From: Vitrella brassicaformis CCMP3155
Taxonomy: Eukaryota; Protista; Chromerida
Direction: 5' to 3'
Length of the DNA stretch: 48,901 bases
Assembly: GCA_001179505.1 (NCBI GenBank)
Contig: CDMY01000572.1
Span: forward strand, 1-48,901
Each line of letters opens with the position of its first letter. Within the stretch, counting starts at the first letter, position 1. The notes below the pieces were generated by a model, which saw nothing but the letters and a program-made list of their open reading frames with translations, ran no database searches and was not told the DNA's origin. This document shows positions 10,800 through 23,000 of the stretch, piece by piece. Both the position numbers and the translations under genes were made by a program.

Positions 10800-13700
10800 T
10801 CATTTGTAGTGCGTGTCGCAGAACGCAGCGCCAATTCCACCTGCCTGCAGGTCTTTCCAGGAGTGAGCCGGCATAGCGTTCAGCCAGTGCCTCTTGAGGT
10901 TCTCCGTCCTGCCGTCGGGGTGATTGATGAAGACCCTGTAGTCCCGATACAAAGCCTGCTGCTGTCCATGTGGAGTGAACTCCTGCACTCGCACTCGGAT
11001 ATCGGCCCCCGCTCTGTGCGCCTCGATCATCTGCTGCTCGATCCCCCGCTGACGTCTCATTGTCAAATTGTTGTTGGCGGTTTGCAGGCTCATGTGCTGG
11101 CCGCCAAGCGTGCGAGGAATCCAGTGTCCCGCATGGCTGGTCGTCCCTGATTCAGAGAGAACGCGATGAGACGGACAGATGAATGTGCACCCTGTGTGTG
11201 TGCATGTCCATGTGTGGTCTCTGTGCGTGCNNNNNNNNNNNNNNNNNNNNNNNNNNNNNNNNNNNNNNNNNNNNNNNNNNNNNNNNNNNNNNNNNNNNNN
11301 NNNNNNNNNNNNNNNNNNNNNNNNNNNNNNNNNNNNNNNNNNNNNNNNNNNNNNNNNNNNNNNNNNNNNNNNNNNNNNNNNNNNNNNNNNNNNNNNNNNN
11401 NNNNNNNNNNNNNNNNNNNNNNNNNNNNNNNNNNNNNNNNNNNNNNNNNNNNNNNNNNNNNNNNNNNNNNNNNNNNNNNNNNNNNNNNNNNNNNNNNNNN
11501 NNNNNNNNNNNNNNNNNNNNNNNNNNNNNNCCTCCAGAGATGGCTTTTTGCTCTTTCAGGTTCCGTGCAGCCGGCGTGACATTCGGGTCGATGTGGATCG
11601 TCAGTGTCGTGGTTGTGCCCTTGCTTCCCTGTCTGGTGGTGATATTCTCCTTGCCCACCTCCATCGGTCCTGTCAAGACACAAGACACAAACAGACACAC
11701 ACACCACGTGAGCTGATCGACAGAGATTCAATCTTCACGCCTTTTTCCCACCTCGTGCCCACGGAGGAGTGCCTTGCATGCTGTTGCCTCCCCCATTTCC
11801 CCCGCCCCCTCCCCGTCCCCCGCCGCCCCCGCCTCCGTTGTCGCCCCCTGACCCGCCACTGACAACACGGAAGCCGTTCGTCATGTTGATGCCGCCATAC
11901 GTGATACGGCCAGATGTGGACCGCACTGCCGCCGGCACCAACTCGTTCTTTGTGTTGATGGACGGCTCGGGATTCTCACTGTACGGGAGGATGCCACACC
12001 CACTTGCCAGGCGATCGAGCTTGTTGGTCAGGTCCTCGATTTCCTTCGCTCGCAGATTGGCGGTCAACACTTTGGCGAAAATCTCTGTCTCCTCACGTCC
12101 GTCCAGCCAGGACCTCACCCGGGCCTTCGACTCGCTGCCTTGGTCAGAGAGCAGACCTTGCTTGGCGAAGCCGGCCACGATGTCCTCGACTTGCTCGTTT
12201 TCCTTGTCCTTGAGCTGCGCCCTCCTCGTATCCTTGGCGTCAGACAGGTTGCCGCACTGATGCCGGAGGATCCCTTGTTCTGCCAGCGCCTCGTCTAGCA
12301 TGGCGTCGACGTTCCTCTCCGTCGCAAACGGCCATGACAGCGACAGATCAGGGACAGACGGCCGCGTGCGAATGACGATCTTGACGCTCCCACGGAGGCT
12401 GTTGAGCATCTTCAAGATCGCCAGCTCTTGATGCGCACTTGCGATGAGTTCGTTGCTAAGCTCGATCAGCCGAGCTTGTTCGGGGGGGGTGATGATCTCC
12501 CGGGCGACGAGCGTCTGGAAGCAGCGCTCTGTGTATGCCTTGTCCTCGAAGGCAGCGGGCTCGGCGATCATCTGGTGGACGAGACGGCGATGGACGGACC
12601 GAGCGGCCTGGCTGTCCCTGAGGTGAAGAAGCGATCTCTTCTTCTCCTTCATCCCCGTCGCGACTGAATGCATGACCTACATGTGTTCGACAACACATGA
12701 GTGCGCACAGGTATGCCATATCTTTTGTTGCACTCATGCATACCCGCGAAAGTGCGACAAGCTTCGCGACCTCCTCCGTGGTCTTGAAGATGGGCACGCG
12801 ACCAGCGATGTGGGGCCACAGCATGGTGAAGCGGCAAGCAAACTCCTGGGACACACACACGCACTTGTGCGTCTTCTTCTGGCCATGTATGTATCGGCGT
12901 ACCTCTTCGGGTGAGTCGGGGTCTTGCTCGTCATCGTCGACCAAAATGCCGTTCTCTTTCATCTTCATCCGGCTGGACTTGACGCACATGGGCGGCTCGC
13001 CCACTACACGGATGTCCAGCGCTCCCTCTTTCTCGTCGATCGTCACCGGCACATCACCTGGCTCTAGCCAGAAGCGATGCACCACACCAACGACGCCGGG
13101 CCTCATTTGTCCGACTGCGTCAAGCAGGCAGTCACGGACGTCGCTGTCCAGGGCGGCAAGGAACGCCGGAAGGGCGTGTGTGTTGGTCGGCTTCAGCTCG
13201 AAAGGCGCCACGGACGACACGTCGACGCCAGTTGTGAGCATCTTGAGGATGTAGTCCACTTGGAGCAGTCTGTCGAGGATGGCCCGGCCGGCCTCACTGG
13301 TGTCGAGCGAGTTGGGCGCGTAGAGGAGCTGCTGAAAGGGGTGCTTCAGCATGGTGAGTGGGAGGCCGTCTGCATGGTTAGTTGGGAGATCGTCGGGTGG
13401 GTCGAGGGAAAAGATGACGCCACGACCAAAGTTACCCAGACCGAAGGACACCTCTGCTTGGGTGAGCATGGCATCCGCTGGCGAGCGACACCTGGAGACA
13501 CACGGAACACACACAGAATGCAGTGGCGTCACCTCACCCGCCTGCTGTGTCCTCTACCGGCCTACCGGCTATAGTTCATGCGCACCACACCATCCTCGTA
13601 CTTGAGGCCTAAGGCCTTGGCAACCCTGTTGCTGTGGGACAACTTCAGAGGTCCCTCGATCGACTTCATGAATCCCGCACCGTCGCGGCCGAGTAGCGTC

Positions 13701-15940
13701 CCGGTGAAGACGGTCTGCACGGCTTCGAGCGTGTCTCCCTTGTCGGTCAGCAGTGCCTCCATAAGCTCGAAGCGCACAGCACTGAAGGTGACCCCGTCGC
13801 CGCTGGTGGCGCGGACCCAGCCGTGTAGCAGCCCGGTGTACATGGTGTACAACACACGGACGCGGGCACACACCAAGACCGGCCCTGGCGACGAGTGGTA
13901 CCTTCTGCACAATGCACAAGGACAGGAAGAATTGATTCTGTTGTCTTCTTGTCGTCTTCCCGTCACCCCACCTGAGAAGTCGATCGGCAGTCTTGGAAGC
14001 CAAGACGGCGGACAGCAGAGTGTCGCATGCGAACGGCATGCTACGCGGAACAGGCGACGCGAGCAGCCACGAAGAGGACTCCAGCACCCCCTTCATGGCC
14101 ACTCGGGCCATTTCGTCGACCACCACCACCGGGGTGGCACCACCGAACACGAAGGCTCTTTGTGGGTCGGTAGTCAGCTGAATGAGGGGCGTCTGCTCGC
14201 AGATGTGGGTGGCTTCGTAGAGCAGGCCGATGGCTGTGAGGGCGAGGCGCTGAGACGTCCGGGGGGAGCAGACCTCCTTGAAGGCAATGGGGAGAATCGC
14301 CCACACGACCTCGGTCACAAGGGCGTTGAGTGCCAGGATCTCCTTGGCTCGCTGTTGGATGGGGGCCGCTAGCTGCACGCTGCTGCTGCTGCTGCTGCTG
14401 CTGGGGGCAGGGGTGTGTGCGACAGAGACGAGTCGCATCTGTCGTATGAGCCTTTCGGCCGCAAGCAGGCCGCACTGGATGGTCGCATCTAGTGTTGGGG
14501 CAGCTTCCATGAGGTCGATGTAGCGCAGCGCTGCCTCGATGTGCTGTCAAGGTCAGGCATGACACACACATACACACGCACACACACATACACACAGTGA
14601 GGTGACTTCCTCACGTATCGTCGCCGTTTATCCTTACCATGCTGCGGTCAAACTCATTCACGATCCCACGCTCGCACCTCCACAGCACCCGTGTGTCCAG
14701 ACCTTGGAAGGATGGCCGCTCGGGGACGCCAGTCGGCTCGCTCACGCGGAATCGGAGCACAGTACACGCCTCCCAATGCGCCTCGCCGCCCTGCAGTAGC
14801 AGGAGATCGTGCTTCATCGCGAGTGCGTGCTGCAGATGCACCACTGGGTCGGACAGGATCTTGGTGGCGACGCAGCAGACGTACTCGATGCCGTCTTCGA
14901 CTGTGCGGACGAGCTGCAGGGTGTCCTGGTCGCTCTCGAGGACCTGGAGGAGCTCGCCGATCCTGGTGTGGCCAACGCAGACGACAGCCGTGTAGGCCTC
15001 GAGGACACCGAGGTAGAACTTGACGAGCAGGTTGGAATCGATGAAATGGGCCTGAATGGCGTCGTTGATCTTTTGCAATGAGGACACCGGCGTGGCTGCA
15101 ACTCAGACACAAGCACGGCAGTTGAACAGATCTGACCAATGCACAAGCCCTCCCCGTTGCCCTGCCCCTGACTTACATGTTAGCAGGTCACAGAAATGGT
15201 CGCTCTTGCCGGTAGTCATGGCGCTGGAGAAGTCGGCGACCCTCTGCTGGACAGCATTGGGGTCCATTGCAGGTCCAACCGAGTCTTCCCATTCCAGGTT
15301 CGGAGGGAAGAACAATTCGCAGCTGTGTTGAGGGAGTCTCAGAGGAACCCCAGACGCCGCGAAGCATTCGAGGAGGTAGTCAACGCGGTTGTCCACGAGC
15401 TCCTGTAAGACGTCGGCGACCTCCTGGATGGTCTTGCGCCAATCGTAGGCGTGCAGACCGCTGAGGCGCGACCGCTGGATGACCTCGGAGATCTCGTGAA
15501 ACATGTTACGGAACGCATCGGATGCACGTGGGCCCTCAGGCAAGCACTCCGAAGCGGACACGCGGAAATCTGACAGGAGACAGCAACAGCAGTGACAGTG
15601 ACAGCAACAGCATAGTCCCACTTTACCCACGTACCTGTCCCATCGTCATCGTCGTCGTCGTCGCTTCTCTTGCCGTTCGGGTCGTCGCCGTCCAGCCTGG
15701 GCTTGAACAGCAAGTCCCTGAAACGATTGATCATCTTCATGATCTCCGCGTCCCCTCCTTTGTCGGGGTGATGGCGGAGCGACGCCTCTGCATACGCATC
15801 ACAACACAAAGAAACCACGAGTGCACTCGTTGCTCATGTGAGGGACAGAGATCAAGATCTGTCTCACCCCTCAGCCGCCTCTTGATCTCGGCCTCTGTAG
15901 CCGTGCGCGGGAGGTCCAGAAACTTGAAGAGATTCGCCAT
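10800..15940 (-). CDS. Large multidomain protein: J-domain, helical region, DUF1598-like region, Gly linker, C-terminal DNA/RNA non-specific (His-Me finger) nuclease
   Basis: About 11 exons with consistent splice phases (the donor at the 11231-11530 gap is inferred). J-domain: MANLFKFLDLPRTATEAEIKRRLR|EASLRHHPDKGG. Middle: LLQVDYILKMLTTG..HRFW..FTMLWPHIAGRVPIF. Gly-rich linker at ~11770-11850. C-terminus: RNLKEQKAISG|GTTSHAGHWIPRTLGG..ANNNL..GIEQQM..DIRVRV. Confidence 0.75.
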
Positions 15941-15992
15941 CTCGATGTGTGAAAGATGCGCTGTCACAAAATGTGCACAGAACAGACGAGCG

Positions 15993-16198
15993 ACAGCGAG
16001 CTTGCGAGAAGCCGTTGACAGGACGAGCCATTGTGAGCCGGAAAGGCCTTTTCGTCAGGCCTTCTCGGAAGGCCTTCTGAAGGGAGCGTCTCCCCGGACG
16101 ATCGACGGAAAGCTCGCTGCTGAAAAGGAGGAGAAAGAAGAAGGGGCAAGAAGCGCAGCAGGTGAGCCACTGCACGTCGGACAAGTAGATCTGGCTCA
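15993..16198. repeat. ~205-bp dispersed repeat, copy 1, directly upstream of the J-domain/nuclease gene
   Basis: Near-identical to 19089-19291. It contains AAGGCCTT and GAAGGCCTTC palindromes and has no terminal inverted repeats. Confidence 0.9.
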
Positions 16199-16961
16199 CA
16201 CATTTGTTACAAATGACCGTCGCGAAAACTATGATCAGGCTACGATTGCGGCACACAGACATGCTTGTCTGCCTGAAAATCTGTGTGTGCAGTGCACTGG
16301 CGGCTGGCGGCAGCAAATCAAGCAGCAATGGCGTCGGTGCCACACTGCGTCCGCGGCAGGAGGGCTCCTCATTATCACAGCAGCAGCCGGCCAATCGCAG
16401 CAGTGTCGGTCGTCGGAGCGGCATATTTCCATCGAATACCGTGGGAAGGTGAATCGTGTGCCTGATCTGACTGAGTGGCGGAGTGAGGCGTGGTTGTCGT
16501 GACAGCATTGGTCGGGCGCTGAACTGCTGTTTAGTTCAGACACAGAGTAACTGTTGATGAGTGTGTTCTCTGATGTCATGCATTGATGTCATTGGCTGTC
16601 TTGTCAATCCGCGCACAGAACAGAGACACACTGACAGACCAAGTCAGCCACCTCCCCACAGCCGTTCAACAAAGTCAGTGAGTCAGTCATTACGCACACA
16701 CGACAGACACTTGAGGGTAGGGTCAGGAAACACGCAGGTAACCAGCACGGGGACACTCCCGAACCCCACACGCGCCATGCAGCAAAAATTCAGCCTGGAA
16801 AGCTGTGTAAGAAAGTCAGTCAGAGATGCGATCAAAAAGTCACCATCACCACGATGAACTCCAACACACAGATGAACAGAGGGCACCAACATACAGATGA
16901 ACAGACAGTCAAGAAAAATGGGAGGCGACGCCCGTTCACACGAATGTGTTGCGCCTCATGG

Positions 16962-18196
16962 TCATCCGTCCAGGATGCCGATCAAACGCAGCTGCACATA
17001 CCCCCCATGTGGGTCGATGATATGCCTGACCTCCCCGTCCCGCATTGAGAGCAACGCCTCGTCGAACCAGTCACGCACAGCAGACAGACGAATGACCGCT
17101 CCATTGAGCTCGTCTGCTTCGTCGCCGCCATCAAACTGAGCGGATTCGTCCTCGACGATCGCGAAGTCGTACTTCACTCGCTGGTCGAGGGTCGGCACCC
17201 TTCCGGTCCCCTCACGTGTGATGCGGTAACGCACACCCATCGGGGAGACACTGAAGCCGTCGCTGTGAAGAAATACAGAGAGAGACAATGGCGCACACAC
17301 ACACAAAAATCTCTCTCTCTCCCCCTCTCTCTCTGACAGACGTTGATGTGCTCTTCACCTGGTTTGCTGCGGTCTATGTGCTCCGATGGCGGGGCTACTG
17401 CTATTGGTGGCCTGCGGTGATGCAGCGGTGCCGGCAGACGTCTGGTGTGTGTCGTGTCCTCCATTGCTGACCCATCGGACATAGAAAATGACACACACAT
17501 AGAAAATGGTACAAGTGTGTGCGCTTACTTGTCGTCGTACTCGATGCTAATCTCAAGCAAGTCGTCCCCATCATCCGCATCACTCTCCGCCTCGTCGTCC
17601 CCGTCGACACTGCAAAGGCGACACAGACGCACGACAACTGGCAGGCCCGGCTATCTAGTGCTGCTCTCTACTTACCCTCACCTGGTCTGCTGTGTTTCCT
17701 CATCTTCATTTCTGACACATGCCACAACCAAACAGATGAATGCACACCAACGCCACGCCCACACGTGCGTGTGTGACCTCACTCGGGCCAGCACTCGGGG
17801 ATAATGCAGATCAGCCGCAGCTGCACATATTGCTGATCGGAAGCGTCGGTGTGCACTATTATTCTCCTGACTTCGCCCTCCTTCATCGACAGCAATGCCT
17901 CGTACCACCACCCATCGCGCTCCCGAGGAGAGACACGATGAATTAGTCCGGGGATATCGTATGCCTTGTTGGTGGTGTCGAACCCATCATTCCACACGGT
18001 GATGTCGTACAGGACCTGCTGGCCGACCGTGGGCAGTCTCCCAGTGCCCTCAGACACCACCTCATGGCTCCTGACCGATGGCGTCGTGCCGGTTCGACAT
18101 TCGGAAGGGGCTGCCGCACTACAACCCCCACTGACGAGGTAGCGGACCGCGACTGTGTCTCCCTGACCAGTGGACAATCTTACGGACACACACACG

Positions 18197-18227
<31 letters not shown>

Positions 18228-18940
18228 CAGGAGCTAATGATGGTCTCTCCCCCCTCTCACTCACGCGTTTGCATGCACTTCGCCATTGATCTCCTGCGAC
18301 AGGCGCACGGCCATGAGATAGTCGGCCTCCTCCTGGCGCTGTCGATCGGTGAGTGGGGCCGGTTGGCCGCTGGCTGGGTGTGTCGTATTGTTGTTGGCCG
18401 TTGTGGTTGTGTCGCCATTGGCGGCCAGGGCCTCCCGCATCTGCTGCACAACGTCGCTCAGGCCGTAGTTGATCTGCACGTCAGCCTCCACAGTCGCGCG
18501 CCTGATTGAAGGAGACCCCGACACGTGCACACACATGAAAGGAGAAAGCCATGATGAGTGGGTTGGTGGCGTACCTGCATGCGGGGCATTCGATTGTGTG
18601 ATGACGGCTGTTGTCAAGAAGCCCTCGAACACACTGCAATAATAACGCATGTCGCACGGCGCTTGAATGAACGCAGTCATTTGTGCCTACCCCTGCGCAA
18701 AACGAGTGACCTGATGGATCACACACACACACACACACAACAGGTCTCCCTCTCTCTCCATGTGTGTGTGTGTGTGTGTGTTTGTGTTTGCGTTTCTTCC
18801 TTACCGCATCGGAGCACTGGAGGCTGTTTGTTGTTGACAGCATCATGATGGTACTCCTCCGAGCACACACTGCACTTGGGAAGAAGCATATCTGCAGCAG
18901 GGAGGCATAACTCATGTGCGTCCATCAATCGACGCAACAT
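16962..18940 (-). CDS. RING-HC zinc finger fused to two degenerate FKBP-type PPIase-like domains
   Basis: The RING is spliced as CSVC..C|GHSFCAG|C..CPAC. The FKBP-like repeats read EGTGRLPTVGQQV..WYEALLSMKEGEVRRII and EGTGRVPTLDQRV..WFDEALLSMRDGEVRHII. Exons join in frame, including a ~30-nt micro-exon at ~17683-17712. One acceptor (~18180) is the less certain of two options. Confidence 0.75.
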
Positions 18941-19088
18941 AGAAAGGTGAGATGTGATCTGCCCTCACGAGGAGCAAGTTCCCGGCGTTGACGTGGCTAT
19001 GAAGGCGCCTTCTGGATCGTCGCTTGTGGGAGATGAGAGATGCGCGTGCTCCGAGGCACGTGCCGCACGTCAAGAGATTGGACAAGCA

Positions 19089-19291
19089 ACAGCGAGCTCG
19101 CGAGAAGCCGTTGACAGGACGAGCCATTGTGAGCCGAAAAGGCCTTCTCGTCAGGCCTTCTCGGAAAGCCTTCTGAAGGGAGCGTCTCCCCGGACGATCG
19201 ACGGAAAGCTCGCTGCGGAAAAGGAGGAGAAAGAAGGGGCAAGAAGCGCAGCAGGTGAGCCACTGCACGTCGGACAAGTAGATCTGGCTCA
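19089..19291. repeat. ~205-bp dispersed repeat, copy 2, upstream of the RING-FKBP gene
   Basis: Near-identical to 15993-16198, in the same orientation relative to the downstream gene. Confidence 0.9.
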
Positions 19292-20061
19292 GATCACACC
19301 GATACAATCATGTTGACCATTTTCGTGTGTTATCTTTGTGTGTCCATCTGTGAATGTTCCATTAGCTTCTGTCAACGCGAGATATGGTCAGAAACTGTGA
19401 GGGAAGCGGCTTGACGGCGTCGGGCGGCTGCTCAGTCCAGATTTCCCGAACGCGCCTTGGTCAGTGAGGATTGCTCTCACACTGTGTGAGGTCACTGCAA
19501 GCGCTGGAGAGGGGCCGCTGTCACAAGGTTAGACCTCACCAATCTCACCTTGTGTGCTGTCTGGCCTGTCCCACCAATCTCAACTCTCTCTTCTCATTTG
19601 TCGGCCTCTTGTGTGGGTGCGTGTCTGTGTTGTGTACGGCGGCCATAGCTTTGTTGAAGCTCTGTCGTGTATCGGACCCCTTCCTTGATCGATCAACACC
19701 TGCAGGAAGAGACGATGAATGAATCAATCAATCAGTCAGTCGGGTCGGTCTGGACTGCACACCCTCCATGTGTCTGTCCATCATGCTTGCATGGGCCCAC
19801 ACGGAAAAACCACCGTGACCTCATGCCATGCACCAATCAATGACTGATAAAAGGCATCCAGCAGGTAAGAACATCCCTCTAAAATATGCAGAAGATCAAT
19901 CACATCCATCAAGTGACAAACTCCCCTCCCACGCACAGACACACAGGCAGGAAAAAATCACTCTTCGCTGTTCGGCGGCGTACCGGCGTCGCCCGGACCG
20001 ATGTCTTTCTTGTCTCCATTCGCCAGAAAACAGCGACCTCTCCCTCGGGCCGGCGCGCAAG

Positions 20062-23000
20062 CTATGCAGCAGGCGCAGCCACCTCCTCCCGCACAGGCTC
20101 CTTCTTCTTGGATGGGTCGGAGAGGATCGAATCCATGTGCCGCTGATCGATGGCAGAGACGAATCCACGACAGCCACGAACAAATAACACGTGTGTGTGT
20201 GGGTATGGTGTGATTGGGCTTACGCTGAGTCGCCTCTTGGCTGTCTCGTCGACCATCGGGTTGGACACCTCATTGGCAAAACCCTTGACCATCAAGTACC
20301 TGTGCACAGACAGAGGGTAAATTCTCGGGTGCGCGCGCGCGTGTGCGTGTGTGTGTGTGTGTGTCTGTCTGTGTGCAAGTGACCGTGCGACTTCGTCTGA
20401 GAGTCCCCTCGTGCGCAGATAGATGATCTGGTCCTGGGACAAATCAGACACCGTCGCACCTGCAGGCATCACATCACACAACACACGAAATCGACAGATG
20501 CGTGGATGTCTTGTTCTGACTGGCTGACCGTGTGCGGCTTTGATTTGTGGTGACATCATCTCCAGCACCGGGATGGACACAGCCTAGGGCCAGCCAGATA
20601 GACACACACACACACACACGCGCACACAGACGGACAAGCAGATGAGGAGCACGCCGACTCACATATTTCGGTCATACATTCACTCCCTGAGGGGCTGACC
20701 TTTGATCTTTCGTTCAGCAGGAGGGAGCGACACAGCTGCTTCGCGTCGGCACCGTTGCACATGTGCTCCAGGCGACCTCTCCCCTTCCACACAGCAGTCG
20801 CTGATCACACACACACAGACAGAGACAGAGACAGAGAGAGACAACAGAGAGGTAAAGACGATTTGTATGGCAACTGGTTCGTTCGTTCGTTGGGTGAGGG
20901 CATGTGTGTGCACGCTACCCGAGTCGGCAACGATGTTTCTGTGGAATGAGTCCGAGTAGGTGTCCTTGGCGTTGTGCCACACCGTCTGGTAGGTCTGCAG
21001 AAGCTGCTTCTGGCGAGCCAGCAGCAGACTCCTCAGGTCCGTACGAGACTCCTTCTCTGCAAAGCCACATACACACACACACACACTCACCCAGAGTGCG
21101 CCTCGTGTGCCGGTGGATAAACACGCAGTCATTGCTCACCGTTGGCCACAACTTGGACGTTGATGCGGGAGCTCTGGGCGCCCCATGACGCCGACCGATA
21201 TGTGTAGTTGGCCTGCACACACACACCACACAAAGCAGCGGGGAGAGGATGTGCCTGGCCGTCGGTTGCTGCTGCCGGTTAGTGTTTCTCACTGACTGAC
21301 CGCCTGTGCGTTGAGAACAGAGAGCTGTTCGAAGTGCCAGGCGTCCCTCCCGGCCTCCTGGATGTAGTCGTGGTTGAAGCGCGACTCGCGGCCCATGATG
21401 ACCCGCGTCACGCTGTTGATGAAACCCTTACGCGCGAGACCCACATGCGACTGGGACAAACTGCACAGACATGAAGACACACACACACACACAGAGGGAT
21501 GTACACATGTGTTGTCGTAAGTTGTGTGGTTATCGTACGTGACGTCGGCTTTGTCGCCGATGAGTACTTGCAGCCTGGGGCTGCTGATCGGCAGGGCGGA
21601 GTCGCCCACGGAGGTCGACACTACCAACACCTGAAGAAGAAAGGATAGGCAGCAATGAAGTGCAGAAATGGATCTGATCTTCCTTTGTCCCTCCTGACTT
21701 ACTTGTATTGGTTTGTCTATGGTGGTGCCCTCAGGCACGTGCACACACGCCACATCACGTAAGTGAGCCTGTGTGCCAGAGAACGACAACACACAGCCAC
21801 ACATGCGCCCGAATGCCATCGAGAGCCCCTCTCTCCCCCTCTCTGCCGCCCTGCCTGGGCATCTCACCATGTTGAGTGCGCAGAGTTTGGCCATGCCGAT
21901 GTCGAATTTGCCCATTTCGAATATCTGCTGCGGCAGGATGTCGGCGTTTTTCCACAGCTTGCCCTTGTACTTGACGTAGGCGCCCTTCTTGAACTGCTGC
22001 TGGGAGTACTCCGGGTACCAGTACAGCTCTGACAGGAACCGCTCACGGAGCGCACCCTGCCGAGCCGACACACACGCAGAGGGAGGGGGACAGCGCGTGA
22101 ATCAAGTATTTGTGTGTGGTGTGGGTGCGGTGTGCTGACGACGGCCATGTGTAGAGACAGACGTACCTCCATGTTGTGTATGCTGCCGACGAAGGTGCCA
22201 TTCGGCAGCCCGTCGAGGCGGCTCAGCCGCCTGTCCACCAAACCGTCCTTGATCACCTGCACACACACGTCCATCCATCCATGAGACGCCACCCGAGATG
22301 CAGACTTGACTCACCAGCAGGGCAGCCGTGTCGTTCATGACGTACTCTGAGATGTCCTCTGTCGACGATAGATCGCCATAAGCCACGTCAAAATCGGTCT
22401 TGTAAATGGCTGGAGAACACACACGCGAGCACACCAACCGCACCATGAGCACAGAGGGAGGCGGATCTGTTTGATGTGTTGTCTTTGTAGGTAGCTCACT
22501 TTCGAGGTCCTTCTGGAAGCGCCACGGCTCCCTCTTCCTCTCGGGCACATACAGCTCCTTCATCACAGCCGTGCCGTTCTCATGCAGCTTCTCAAAATCC
22601 TACACAGAGGACACGCACGAACGAGTGGGCCTCTGTTTCTCTCCGTCTCTCTCTCTGTCTCTCTCTGGGTCTGTGTAGAAGCACCTCGTTGGCCGGGAGT
22701 GGCTGCAGCTCGAGCATCTTGTCCCACCACATGAGCCTTTGGATGTCGGCCTTGTTCATGCTGATGTTGCGGTAGCCGAACCCGAAGCCCACCTCCTTCA
22801 TCAGCCCGCGATACTGAGGCGGCACGCTCTCGTCCACAGGCGCCTCGTCAACCTTCACCACACCCCTGCACACACCCATCCATCCAGGACAACAGCCATA
22901 CCCGCACCAACGAGTGTGTGCGCTAAATTGCTGACTGACCCGTCGAGTTGCTCGACGGCTTTCTCCAGGTCTTTGGAAGTGACCAAAGTGGGCTGGAATA

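Noticed and set aside
15993-16198. MITE interpretation of the 205-bp repeat
   Set aside because: No terminal inverted repeats or target-site duplications are visible.
15522-16502. 326-aa plus-strand ORF and the 214-aa minus-strand ORF 15864-16508
   Set aside because: They overlap the J-domain exons and the 205-bp upstream repeat, have no recognisable domain, and the homologous copy at 19.1 kb gives no consistent protein.
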